64,000 nt of DNA, taken from Octopus bimaculoides. Taxonomy: Eukaryota. The notes under the pieces are model-generated. The model saw nothing but the letters and a program-made list of their open reading frames with translations. It had not been told where the DNA came from and made no database searches. Made by a program: the position numbers and the translations under genes. Shown piece by piece: positions 13,077 to 26,831 of the stretch; the first letter of the stretch is position 1, and each line of letters starts with the position of its first letter. The DNA is taken from the NCBI RefSeq assembly GCF_001194135.2, contig NC_068988.1, positions 46,350,537 to 46,414,536 on the forward strand, read 5' to 3'.

Positions 13077-14899
13077 AGTCAATTCAAATAAACAATCAAT
13101 AAAAGAAAATGGATGATAAAATTAACGGACAGCAAGAGAACGTGTACAAGGAATGTATTAACTTGACACTTGGTAAAAAGAGAGAGTTTGATGTTTCATT
13201 GAAAAAGAAAAAGTCCAAAGAATGAAAAGAAATCTCCAGCAGTACGTGTGTATACACACACACACACACACACATATATATCATATGCAATTTACTGTTC
13301 TGTAATGGTAAGATCAACAAAAAAAGTATTCCTGGTGAGAGAAAAATATTAATTAATAAACACAGCGTATATTTTTATGAACTACTAATAGTTTCATGTG
13401 AAAAAATCAACTCAGACTGCATTTAGTAACACGTTTGGTGCCTTCATGCAATCCTTGGGCTCTGCTTACATGGCATAAGAAGCTAAGCAGGACACTAGGC
13501 ATTTGCATCTCACAAGATCACAATGATGGACAATAGTCAACACATTCCTTATGATTGTCTGCAGAGAGATCACGTGGGACCCAATTTACAATGAGTGATT
13601 GTATAGCTCACGGCAAAACCTGTGCCTAGCTTTCAAACGGTAACAGTCAGGCATGCTTTAACAGTGGCTTCCATTGCATTAGTATCCAACCCCTTCTCTT
13701 GATTCATCCTGCAGGTTGTAGTCCCCATTTCTGAATTGCAAAGACCATCTTCTGCATGTTTGTTTTCAGAGACTAACTGTTTTAGGGTGATTCTGTGGAT
13801 GCACTTGCATTATTTCCTATTCATAAAGAATAACGTGATGACTATGTTCTTTGCTTGGATTGAACATAGTACCAATACAACTTCAATTATAATTAAATAG
13901 AAAAAATCTGAAAGAAAATGATATATTAATGATTTCGTCATATTTCAAATAGAATTAAGAAGTTAAACACCTTTAAATGTAAATAAATATTTACTAAAAT
14001 AAAAGAAGCAGAAAGAACTGTCATTACAACCTGATACTTGAGTTTTGTGCTCATGCAAAAAATTTTAATTTGTTTGAAATAAAACGAAGTTTAATCACTG
14101 TATACGATCATTTTGAAGGCAACTGGGTTTGTATTCTGAGATATCTTCTCCCATTTTCTTTACATCATTTGTGTTGCAAAAAAAAATTTGTTCAATTTCT
14201 TATCTAATATACAATAGAGCTTTTATATACATACTTAAACACACACACACACTTACAGTTTTATCAAAGCTCAAAGTTTGTCTCATGACTTGAACCTCAC
14301 ATGGCAAGGACTGATCATGTTTATATGCATGTTATGCATGTATGTACTATGTATGTATATGTGTATGCATCACAGTTGATATTATATATATAAGTAAATG
14401 TAGGGATAAGCAAATTATATGGAGAATGTCTGGATCTTGTCTATTAATTATATAGATGCATACACACACATATAGGTGATTTATTTAACTAGAGATGAAA
14501 TGTTTAATGTTTGAGTAAACCATTTTATTTAAGATTCGTAAGCGATCATGCATGAAAAGGTAAAATCATAACAGTGAAATGAATGAGTAAAGGAAATAAG
14601 TAAATGAAAAAAATAAATAAAATAAATCAGTGGTGAAGTAAGATCAAAGAAGAACAAAGTAAGAAGAATGAATGCAAGAGTAATCATTCCTTCACGTTAA
14701 TCTAAGTAAAAACGTCCAGATCATTATGATAAAAATCTAAATAAGTGGGTCCACAAAATAAGTCAAATACTAATGAAAGCAACAGAACCTCACTCATAAG
14801 ACAGAGATTGTAAGAGAAGCATGATCTGGTATAATTCACCGTATAAGGGACATTTCAAAACCTTTATAGCTTACAAAGAATAAAAAGTTTTGAATGGTA

Positions 14900-15900
14900 C
14901 AACAATGCACTACAATACAAAAAAATGGTCTATATACCTATTGTAATTTAGTTATCCATAGTCTGATGATATTTCGGAATACAATTCCCTCTTCAGATAT
15001 TCTTAGATGGAGTCACTGCTACAATTGGTTTTCCAACAGCTTTTCTTTTTCCAGAAGTGTCTCAGCAGTGGTCTCATGAAACTCCTTCCGGAATTCCTCA
15101 TGAGAAGAGGTCAGCTATGTCTCAATCTCATGTGTGTTGGTACATCTGTAGCGCTGCTTCTAAGGTATGTAATATACGGGCAGCTTCCTTTTTCCCCCTT
15201 TTCTTTTCCTCTTCTCTTTTTTTTTGTTATGAACAATAGATGAGCATATCAAAAATGAACCTACATGCATCCAGATGTAGCTAAATAATATATTGATTAC
15301 CAACCTCCAGCTTGTTGTTAATTTGGGGAACTATTATATGTATGAGTATAGCTTCCTTAATTCTTAAATTACCCAAATTTCTTTCATTGGGCTTAATTGT
15401 GACTGTTATGCTTTTGTCGGTGTTCTGGCATCTGTCTAGATGTTTTCTGTAGGAAGAGGCTCTCGTGTTCAGATGTTCCTTGATGCGGACATGTACTGTG
15501 CTACCCACATAAAACTTGATGCATTTGTTACATTGTATTCTATACACAACATTTACGGGTTGGAATAAATCTGTGTCATGGATGGGACAATTTGTTAATG
15601 TGCATTGATTGCTGTCCCTTGTTCATTTCTTTGCTAGGTGTCCTCTCAAAGAGGGGCCAGGGTGGGCTAGTTGTATTCTAGCCCTTCTCTTCTTATGACT
15701 CTTTGGACGGCTGTAGTTATTTTCTCGCTAAAATGGGGTATTTTAAGGAAGCATGTGTTGCTGGGTTTTCTATGTGTTCGGCGTGTTGGTCGTCTTGGGT
15801 ACTTAAACTGATTAACAATGGATCTAGCATAGCTTAAACTTTCATTCGACATCTTGAAAAACATTTCCCCAAAAATCACGTATGCCACAAGCTCTTAAAT
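14900..15900 (-). mobile_element. Penelope-like element relic: RT thumb/linker, GIY-YIG endonuclease and 3' pseudo-LTR
   Basis: Minus-strand NVVYRIQCNKCIKFYVGST..RIKEH...RHLD.C...LRIKEAILIH...PQINNK (GIY-YIG, 15281-15560). The upstream LKIPHFSEKITTAVQRVIRREGL is typical of the PLE RT-EN linker. Hammerhead-like motif at 14963-15000. Confidence 0.85.
15281..15560 (-). pseudogene. GIY-YIG (Uri) endonuclease domain of the PLE
   Basis: Motifs VVY.I.C..C...YVG.T, R..EH and E...I.....P.IN. Confidence 0.85.
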
Positions 15901-16789
15901 ATCAAAAACATTTTGTGATTCATCACACAAAGCTTTTCACAAATCATAGTTTCTGCCTGACAAATAAAACTAATAGAACATCCAGATAACTTCAGTTCAA
16001 ATAACTGCAAGTGCTACAGTAGAAAATGTCATACCTAGGACAGTGTTTATTGTGTTAGGGCTAGCACTTTATATAAACTACATATCTTATCCTTCCCAAT
16101 CCTGCAATCTACTCAAATATTCTTCAGGCAATTCTTCTTTTAAAAACCAGTCCATTACATGTTTTCTTATATAATGAACTAACTGTAAAAGACTTCAAAA
16201 ACAGATATAACCAGCAGAAATGCACACTTACTCAATATAATCATAAAACCCATCTGAATACATTTGAAAACTGAAGACTTCTAATATCTTGTATAACATC
16301 TTATGAAGGCCTCTCCTATGCTAAATCAATTCAACACAACAAAACTTTGTCTCCCTTGCACCACTGAGTCTTATGAAAATTTATTTAAAAAAAAAATAAG
16401 GCTGCTTACTAAACATTATGAACTAATTCTGCCGAATAGGTTCCAATCTTACAAAATCGAAAAATACACTATAACATAAAAATTTACATATATATAAATC
16501 TTCCATTTCTCCCACCAATTCCAACAACATGATAGTTACTATATTTGCTTTTACTAGGTTACAAAACCGTGTTCACGTATCTATATAATACATTTGATCT
16601 TTTCTTCATATAGGCAATAACTAGTTCCATAATTATTAATCATACTCTACTCAATATTTGCGTGAATATACATATTACTTTATATGTATATTTACATGCA
16701 TTCCTGCATTATGTATGCCTGTAATTGGGTTTGTTTATGAGAATATATATTGATGCAAATGTTTATATATATATATATAAATGGACAAA

Positions 16790-16877
<88 letters not shown>

Positions 16878-17550
16878 TATATATATATTATTATTATTAT
16901 TGTGTTTGAATTATGCCGTACATGCAGCTCTGTAGTAAAAGAAAAATTACCAATACAACATACTTAATGTATGTTTGTAGTTGAAGAGCCAGAGGCTAAG
17001 CATATGTTATATTCATATATATTCATACTCACATACACACACACACACACACACACACGCAATTGTATGTTTTTGTATGTACATATATATTTTATGTGTG
17101 TTCGCATATACATGTGTGTGTGTGTGTGTGTGTACTATAATCCTGACTGTATTGTGCATGCCCTTATTTAGTTCTGTATACGAGGTTTCCAATTTGCACA
17201 TACATATACTGGCTGAAGAAATTTAAGTAATATTACTTAAAATACCAGTTTACTATGCTATATATATGTTTAGTTTAAAATGTATCAATATAGATTTACA
17301 TTAAATTTATTGCACTTATATATGTAAAATAAAAATATATACTGCACTTGATAAGACGGGCATACATGCAAGCGGTTATAGCTATGTTCTGCTATGTATT
17401 TATATGTATGTTTTAGGCTAATTTTAGAGTTGTATACTGAAATTATAATTTAATAAATGTTCTTATAACTTATTCCCTATTTTCCATTTCAATGATCATA
17501 TGCATACACACTATATATATAAAATTATAATATCTTATATATATATATAT

Positions 17551-17565
17551 AGATCGGAAGAGCGT
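17551..17565 (+). other. Illumina adapter sequence (assembly contaminant)
   Basis: agatcggaagagcgt lies immediately before an N-gap. AGATCGGAAGAGC is the common Illumina adapter prefix. Confidence 0.9.
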
Positions 17566-17575
17566 NNNNNNNNNN

Positions 17576-17613
<38 letters not shown>

Positions 17614-18392
17614 TATTAGTTTTCAAATGATATTAAATCTTAATATCGCATAGTTCATTTTATGAAATTACATTTGAAAAATCTTAAACTATATTCCATG
17701 CCATTTGTACAACACCATTATGGCTTATAAACTCCACATAAATAAAGAACTTAATGCACTCACACTTATATGTAAACATACATAAACATATTGACACATC
17801 ACATATGGTCATTAGAACTTAAACTTTTAAACATACTCACACATCAAACTAAATATCTGGCAATATTAGATTTTATCTCCCTTCACTATCAGGCTGCATA
17901 CTGAAAATTTGGACTTCATATTTCCACTGTCCTGGCTTTGATAAAATTAATACCAGTACTACACACTGTGTGGAGGTTGGTGGTAGAATCTTTAAAAAAA
18001 AAACACAGATGTAATATATTTAATTATTTTGTGATAAAGTTGGAAATGTTAAAATTTTGATGGTGGTAACTTTGTAAGCTGCTTTCCATTATTCAGCTTG
18101 TACTGGTATACAGGGCATTCAGAATAAATTTGATGATATTTTACGTGTTCTTTTCCCACGAACAGCTTGATGCATCGGAGAGCATAAAGATTAAAGCTCT
18201 CGTTGAGAAGATGTTAGCTGGCCATCTGATATTGGAACTAAGTTACCTGTATCGTGATGATATGCTCCAGGTATCAAAATGTCAATAACTTTTCTGCTGC
18301 TCAATGCTCTCTGAACACTGCAAAACCTGTAACATGTGACACAGGCTGCTGTAATGGAGACTACAACACTGTAGTCATTGAGAAGGGATGCA

Positions 18393-18762
18393 TTGAGACT
18401 GGTCAAACCGTAGTGGGAAATTTTTGCTTTTGGATACCATATATGTGGCAGCAGAATTTATTCCTACTCAGTCAATGTTCAGTTGTTATTCATAAAACTT
18501 TATTAAAATAATAACTGACAATGTGGTCAAAGAGAAGGAATGCAGCAGTTCTGTCTGTGGCTGCATGCCAGAGTTCCCCACCTCATATCTTTGAACATGG
18601 TTTTAGGCTCAATTCAGATAGCTCTGTGAATCTACTTGAGACTGGTCAAACCATGGTGGGAAATGTTTGCTTTTGGAAGGCCATATATGTGGCAGCATAA
18701 TTTGGCTCCTACTCAGTCAATGTTCAGTTGTTATTCATAAAACTTTATTAGAATAATAACTG
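18393..18762 (+). repeat. Local direct duplication of about 125 bp (18393-18517 and 18636-18762)
   Basis: Both copies read ttgagactggtcaaacc...tactcagtcaatgttcagttgttattcataaaactttatta.aataataactg, with scattered mismatches. Confidence 0.9.
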
Positions 18763-19374
18763 CACACATCAGGTATAACTCAGATGTGAACACAAATTTA
18801 AATATACAGAATGTATTAAAGTATTTCAATATACAAACAGCTGAAGGGAGTGATCTGGCAGAATTGTTAGCAAGCCTTTACATGCTGAGTTCAAATTCAG
18901 CTAAGGTTGACTTTGACTTTCTTAATTTCAGGTTTGATAAAAAAAAAAGGTACCAGTTTAGCACTGTGGTAAATGTAATTACCGTACCCCTCCCCACAAA
19001 CCGCTGGCCATTTGCTAATATTTGATTTGAAACTAATATACATACAACTGTGTGTATACTCATAGAAGCACATAACAATGTATATGATGACTGTGATACA
19101 AAATAATTCTTTAATAATCTTTATACATAAATATATATATACATATATATTTATGTCTATACATATCTATGTATGCAGACACACACATACACATAAGCAT
19201 ATACACATATATGACAGCGTATATAAATATTTGTGTCTGTGTGTTTGTAGGTGTATGTGTGTTTGTGTATGAAGCTGGGATTGACTATTGCTATTTGTTC
19301 AATGCATTGGAATGACTCACCATCTACATACATATAAACTGTGCAATATATATGGCCTATTACTGATGTTAGAA

Positions 19375-19436
<62 letters not shown>

Positions 19437-20291
19437 CATTATTATCATTATTATCCTTACGTCAATTGCTATTTTAAGTGTTAAGTCCTCTGTGAACCAA
19501 AAGCACAATTTTATTTTCAATTCCATTTACTCTACTGCTGCCCTTGGGAATGGCATAAACATCACATAATCTTTCAATATAAATTTATGAACTTGTGCAT
19601 AAGTTAAATAGAACAAAAAAAAAATAATAATAATAAAGCATCATTATTATGGTCGGTGTTCTTATTGTTGTTATAGTTTATAAAATTTTGTTTCGCTGTA
19701 CTTGATGTAAATGGAATATTTTCATTATGTCTCTGAAATTCCTTTTGTGTTTTATTAGTACATAAGTATACCCAAATTAGTCTGCATTTTGTTGATGCTA
19801 GTTTTGTTGCTTGATTATATTTATGTTTGTATTTTGTTCTATTGTTCTTTGTAGTGTTGTGATCTTGTTTTTGTTGTTGCTTTTTGGTTCTTTGTTGGTT
19901 TTGATCAAGCTTAATAGCTAAGTTGAGATAAAAGCCTTCTCTTAAAATGAAAACAAAAACACATATACAGTCAAACAAAGCACAACCAACAGAAGATAAA
20001 ACCTTTTCCTCATCTCTTGCTTTATCTTCCGAGATAACAGGAACACCCTAGAAAGGTTCTCTGGCGGAACCATCTTCTTCAGTGTTTGAATTCCATTATT
20101 TGCCATTCTGTTCTAGAAAAATGTTAATGGATTGGTATGTGCTGTGTTGTGTTGTGTGGTGTGTGCGTGAATGTGTGTGAGTGTGTGTGTGCTTGTATGT
20201 GTGTCTATCTGAGTGTGTGTGTGTGTGTGGGGGGGGGTGTTCATGATTGACAGCATGGTTGATTTTTCTGTTGAAGTTCTCTAATGTGTCC

Positions 20292-20342
<51 letters not shown>

Positions 20343-20560
20343 GACACACACATACACACTGATATACACACATATATGTAATCTGTGCACATGTATGTGT
20401 TTATGTATATATATTTGAATGCTTGTATGTTTATATGTAGGTTCAAGTCTATGCATATACATACATTCATACATACATACATACCTACATACATACATAC
20501 ATGCATACATACATGCATACATACATACATACGTACATACATACATACATGTGTGTCTAT

Positions 20561-20653
<93 letters not shown>

Positions 20654-21078
20654 TACAAGTGAGTGGACAAGTGAATGAAGAAGGCACTCAACACTTTTAG
20701 TAGAAGTTACATATATTATTCTTTAGAACAGCTTGATTCAGTTCCATGCAACTTAAAGTTTCACAGGCTTCTAACAGACACCTGGCTTTTTCAGGCTCAG
20801 ATTCCTGAATTTGGTACCTGAGCGTGAATGAGCTGAAATGATGATGTGATGATGGCGATGTTATATAATATATATATATATAAAACGCTCACAAATTCAC
20901 AGTCAATATTTCAATGGTTTTAAGTGTATGCATATGTGTATTTATATGTGTTTGTGCCTGTGCATATGAGTGTGTATGCATTGACAGATGCAGGGACAGT
21001 TTGTAGTTTAGCAGTAAACCTTTAGCAATATGTGACCATAAGTTAGTTTTTGACACTTTGCCAGAACTAATACACCAT

Positions 21079-21300
21079 AGGTGGCGAGCTGGCTGAAACG
21101 TTAGCATGCCGGGCAAAATGCTTAGCCGTATTTCATCTGCCATGAAGTTCTGAGTTCAGATTCCGCCGAGGTCGACTTTGCCTTTCATCCTTTTGGAGTC
21201 GATAAATTAAGTACCAGTTACTCACTGGAGTAGATCTAATCAACTTAATTCTTTTGTCTGTCCTTGTTTGTCCCGTGGGCAATAAAGAAATAAGAACTAA
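21079..21300 (+). mobile_element. tRNA-derived SINE, family A, well-preserved copy
   Basis: ggtggcgagctggctgaaacgttagcatgccgggc...gagttcagattccgccgaggtcgactttgcctttcatcc...gtcgataaattaagtaccag. Confidence 0.85.
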
Positions 21301-21414
21301 TACACTATACTTGAGATACATATGCTTGTTAGGGAAAAGCATGAACATCATGACTTCTACTACTATTGTACATAAAAATCATACTGCAGCCTTACTATTA
21401 ATAGGGTTTATTGA

Positions 21415-21690
21415 ACCATCATCATCATCATTGTCGTTTAATGTCCACTTTCCAAATTGGCATGGGTTGGATGGTTTGACTGAGGACTGGCAAGCCAGGA
21501 GGCACATCAGGCCCCAATCTGATTTGGCAAGGTCTACATCTGGATTCCCTTCCTAACACCAACCACAGTGACAGTGTAGTGGGTGGTTTTTACATGCCAC
21601 CAATATGGGGACCAGTCAGGTAATACTGGCATCAACCATTTTTGAATGGTGCTTTTTACGTGCCACCAGCACGGGAGCCAGTCAGGAGCA
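21415..21690 (-). mobile_element. SINE-like repeat, family C, with (GAT)n 3' tail
   Basis: Same family as 27595-27845(-), 28289-28485(+), 34290-34410(+), 50803-51025(+) and 51075-51260(-). The core ggttggcgttaggaagggcatccagctgtagaaa resembles the MetaSINE domain as recalled (unverified). Confidence 0.75.
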
Positions 21691-21997
21691 AATTAAATAT
21701 TTGATATGTGGTTTGATATATTTTTCTTTAGTTTAATATTCATTTTAATGGCTCAGTATAAAAAGGGAAGCAATTTCACCATTTTAATGGTCTCTAAGTG
21801 TAGTGGCAAGAAGTTGGTTATCCTAATATTAGACGACAGTTACAAATACTTCCTCTAGAGCGGATGTTGGTTAAAATAACCATTGAACTACCAGGTGGTG
21901 ATAATAAGCCTAAGCCAAGAAACTGATTAAATCTATCACAGCATAGTAGAAAATGTGTGCATATGTACATGTACAACCTATTTATCACCGACACATA

Positions 21998-22843
21998 TGA
22001 GGTGCATTCCAGAAGTTTTGAGATATTTTTAGGAGAAGCAGTTATAATTGTCTTGGATTATTGTAATTTAAGTATATCATTACTATACATCTAATATGTT
22101 GACCAGCCAACGTTTATTATTCCAGATTGAAAGAGATGGCTGTAAGTCTGTAAATAACTCTTTGAATATATCCCAGTAAAGACTGCCTGTCACAGCTGAC
22201 TAGATTGCAGAATGAAGTCAGGATGTGGAAATAATATGGAAGCTCCCTCAATAAAGTTTTGTTAAACTGGACAAAAATGCTACAGAAACTTGTGAAATGT
22301 TTCAGACTGCTTATGAATTAATTTATATGAACCAAGGATCTTTTCTTTACTGTCACAAAAGGTCAGACAAAGCAAGTCCATTAGTAAACATGATGATTCT
22401 CTTTTTTACTAGTGAGTTCCTTTGATCAGACAATCAGCAAGGAATACTTTGTGGTGGTTTTGAAGGAGACCAGGGAGAGATTTCATTGCAAAAGCCCAGA
22501 GCACCGGCATCAAGACAGTGCACCAGTCCACATTTCCATATTGGTAACCAACTACTTGACAGAGATGGGCATCGAAACTATCTATTAGCATCCCTTACAG
22601 TCAAGATCTTGCCTCCTGTGACTTTTGGTTGTTTCTCAAGATGAAGGAGAAGGTGAGAGAGGCTGTGGCGAGTGTCCTGGACACTTTCTCTTTGGGGGAC
22701 TTCCACAGGACCTTCACGAAGTGGCTAGAGTATTACATCAATTGAATTAAAATCAGAGGAGATTGGAAGGAGATTGGAGTTTTTACCCCTTTAAATTAAT
22801 GTGTTTCTCCAAAAATGTTTCAAAACTTCTAGAATGCACGTTG
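21998..22843 (+). mobile_element. Internally deleted mariner (DD34D-type) transposon with both TIRs and TA TSD
   Basis: Left TIR ta|tgaggtgcattccagaagttttgagatatttttaggagaagc versus right TIR (rc) ta|caacgtgcattctagaagttttgaaacatttttggagaaac. Internal peptides FVKLDKNATETCEMFQTAY, HQDSAPVH and PYSQDLASCDFWLFLKMKE. Confidence 0.9.
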
Positions 22844-25154
22844 TACTCCAGTGCATACACCTCCATGTTTTGACATCCTTTTATGGAAGATTGAAAATGA
22901 AGCACACTTCTTCCATAAAGTGCTGTTTATTTACAACTATTGTGTAATGTCATGGCAAGTCAAAAACATGCACCCAGTCATCCGCATACACATATTACTC
23001 ACATACACACACACACACATACATATACACACACTTCTTTCATTTCTTTCACTTCCTATCTATCGGTCCACTCACAAGTATTTGGCTGGTCCTAATTATC
23101 ATAGAAGACATTTGCCTGAAGTGCCGCACAATAGGGCTGAATCCATGCCAGCCCTTCTGCATCCACCAAGGTGACAGTGAGCCTCTAGAGATCTTCTTCA
23201 ATCACGTCCAGCCCATAGAATGTGGTAATCTGTCAGATGTCTTTTACAGATAAACAAATGCTTGACATAATGGCTTGTTTTTGTTAAGAACTTCTTTTGT
23301 GAATGATTCAACAAGGAGAAGGTAACAATGTTTGAACAATTTTGCACAATTCTCTTCATTGTCTTCTATTTCTGTCACCCTCTTGCATCTACCTTTGCTC
23401 TCTTTCCTATCATTCTCTCAGTCATACCAACAACCGTATAGCTGCTCATCACAACTTCATTCTTTCTTCTATTACTCTCTCCCTCTCTCTAATACCATGT
23501 TGTTTAACCTATCACTCTAGTCCTTTTCTTTCACTCATCAGTCTACCTTTTACTCCAGAAATGGCGGGACAAAAGGAACAAAATAACAAATTAATAGTAG
23601 AGAAGAGGAGCTGCTCTTTAGTATCACTAGTGATTAGACAACTATGTGATACTGATGAATAAATAGAATCAATGTACAGTAAAAAGGGTACTTCACCTTA
23701 CTGTGGTACTGCTATCAAATTAGTCACACTATTATCATGTTACTGAGACAGTACTTAATCTTACTCTAGTACTGCTGTCACCAGTTATAATACTATCATG
23801 TTACTGTGATATGGCTATCTTTTTACAATCACACTGCAATCAACTTATTTCAATACTACTGTGATCTTACAATGACATTGCTATCATAACTTTCCTCTCA
23901 CACAACCATAACCTTACAGTAATACTCTGTTTCTTTATAGGCACACTGCTATTGCAACAAGAATTTTCCTTCCCAAGACACAAGACATCAATTTTATAGA
24001 GCATGGTAAGTATTGCAGTGTCATTCATGCCTTTCCAAATGTCATTATCGAGATGAGATATATGAAATAGTTTCAACTGGATATTGAAACCAAATTGTAT
24101 TCTTGACATACTATGGCTTATATGCATAGAAAACCATTATTCCTGTTCTCCTCTCAAAATCTGATTCAGTCTAAATCCATGGTGCAGCTGTCTGGCTGTA
24201 GCTTTTATTCTTGTTCAATATCAAAATATCTTTCTCTCCCCCACCATACACATACATTTCCATGCATACATACACAGTCATGCATGGGAAATGTCCACTT
24301 AAATATAAGATCCCTAAATCTTGGACAATCCTTTACCAACAATAATAACTAACATCCATCCATCCATCAATTCTTTATTAGTTTAAAACAACAACAACTA
24401 CCACCATCAAAGTTTTATAAATATACATTATCAAACTTCAAAGCTATAACTTATTGAGGGTTGACAAGAACAAAAACTAGAAGAATAAAAAAACATGAAA
24501 CAATCTCTCTCAAGTCCAGTCTAGTCCCAGAATGCATCTGTTAGATGCATGCTGGGACAAATATCTGAAATGTGTGAATATTACTTGCAGAAGTCATTCG
24601 TGCAGAGGTATCAATCATATTTATGCAGCTTTTTCTTAAAGATTATCAAAGTTTAATATCATAGCCATAATATTGTCATGCCTATCTTACATATTATTAT
24701 ATTTTCTTTAATATTATTATTTTCTTCTTCTTTTTCTTTCATATTTCCTGTTCCTTTTATGCTATATTTCATTATCATTTTCTTAACTCACTTTTTATTA
24801 TTTTTCTTTTTCGGTTAATTTTTCTCTGTAAATAATAAGCATATATATAACTTTGGACTAAACTGACCGATAAAAGCTGCAGGACGTAATGGTCAAGTGA
24901 TGTGTAAGTAATACAGTTTACAGCCACAACCATCAAAGTATTACTTCATCATGTGCTGCATCTGACCCGTAATCCTAAACCTATTTCAATAGATTTAAGC
25001 CAATATCAATGGTGAGACTACTAAATATAAAAAAAAATATTACATATATAGGCGTGCTTATATATATATGCATATACATGGACATGTGCAAACATACATA
25101 CTTATTGATATGTGTGTGAGTGTATACATACATATAAGTATATATATGTAAGCG

Positions 25155-25205
<51 letters not shown>

Positions 25206-25304
25206 GTATGTATATATGTGAGTATATATATATGTGTATATATAAGTGTATATATATATGTATACACACGCACACATGTATATGTATGTATGTGTGTCTA
25301 TGTA

Positions 25305-25345
<41 letters not shown>

Positions 25346-25495
25346 ATGTATGCATATAAAATGAAATCAGGTAAACTATCTAGACACACACACACATATA
25401 CACACTTATACATTCCCATATATTGTTTTACAGTTTTACACATATGTACGTCTGTATGTATTTATATATACTCACCCTAACACACACTCACATGC

Positions 25496-25571
<76 letters not shown>

Positions 25572-26769
25572 ATGTGTGTGTGTGTGTTTGTATATAAAAA
25601 CGTGTATACATGAATGTGAGTGGGCTTATGTATGAGTATATATGTCTGTTTGAGTATATAGTTATATATTTATATCCACATGCACACACGCGTACACACA
25701 CATGCACACAAACAGACATATACACACACACACACACACACATATGCACACACACATTTATAAGCTCATAATAAACAAGGTATCTGATCCGTTATCAAAG
25801 AGTGATATCTAACAGGATTTTCTTTCCTGTCAAATCCACCACCACCACCACCACCACCACCACCACCACCACCACNNNNNNNNNNNNNNNNNNNNNNNNN
25901 NNNNNNNNNNNNNNNNNNNNNNNNNNNNNNNNNNNNNNNNNNNNNNNNNNNNNNNNNNNNNNNNNNNNNNNNNNNNNNNNNNNNNNNNNNNNNNNNNNNN
26001 NNNNNNNNNNNNNNNNNNNNNNNNNNNNNNNNNNNNNNNNNNNNNNNNNNNNNNNNNNNNNNNNNNNNNNNNNNNNNNNNNNNNNNNNNNNNNNNNNNNN
26101 NNNNNNNNNNNNNNNNNNNNNNNNNNNNNNNNNNNNNNNNNNNNNNNNNNNNNNNNNNNNNNNNNNNNNNNNNNNNNNNNNNNNNNNNNNNNNNNNNNNN
26201 NNNNNNNNNNNNNNNNNNNNNNNNNNNNNNNNNNNNNNNNNNNNNNNNNNNNNNNNNNNNNNNNNNNNNNNNNNNNNNNNNNNNNNNNNNNNNNNNNNNN
26301 NNNNNNNNNNNNNNNNNNNNNNNNNNNNNNNNNNNNNNNNNNNNNNNNNNNNNNNNNNNNNNNNNNNNNNNNNNNNNNNNNNNNNNNNNNNNNNNNNNNN
26401 NNNNNNNNNNNNNNNNNNNNNNNNNNNNNNNNNNNNNNNNNNNNNNNNNNNNNNNNNNNNNNNNNNNNNNNNNNNNNNNNNNNNNNNNNNNNNNNNNNNN
26501 NNNNNNNNNNNNNNNNNNNNNNNNNNNNNNNNNNNNNNNNNNNNNNNNNNNNNNNNNNNNNNNNNNNNNNNNNNNNNNNNNNNNNNNNNNNNNNNNNNNN
26601 NNNNNNNNNNNNNNNNNNNNNNNNNNNNNTGGTTGTAGTAGTAGTAGTGGTGATAGCAGCAGTGATAACAACAATAGTAGTAGTAGTAGTAGTAGTAGCA
26701 GCAGTAGCAGCAGTAGCAGCAGCAGTAGTAGTAGTAGTAGTAGCAGCAGCAGCAGTAGTAGTAGTAATG

Positions 26770-26831
<62 letters not shown>

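Noticed and set aside
11962-13091. PolyE/polyR/polyS ORFs (also 26647, 35053-35353, 40466-41251, 47377-47870, 48510-48928)
   Set aside because: They are trinucleotide microsatellites, open in several frames, with no non-repetitive coding context.
13440-13900. Non-repetitive block with faint hAT dimerisation-like remnants or a possible exon on the minus strand
   Set aside because: Frames are interrupted by stops, and the similarity needs several assumed frameshifts.
20040-20095. CTGAAGA followed by a ggttc/gaacc stem on the minus strand
   Set aside because: No GAAA follows the stem, so it is not a hammerhead.
20819-20833. Possible 15-nt microexon on the minus strand (tttcag|ctcattcacgctcag|gtacc)
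   Set aside because: The donor is weak and such matches are expected by chance in 64 kb.
21079-21180. tRNA-like A/B boxes as tRNA genes (all SINE heads)
   Set aside because: They lack complete cloverleafs and are followed by shared SINE bodies, so they were annotated as SINEs.
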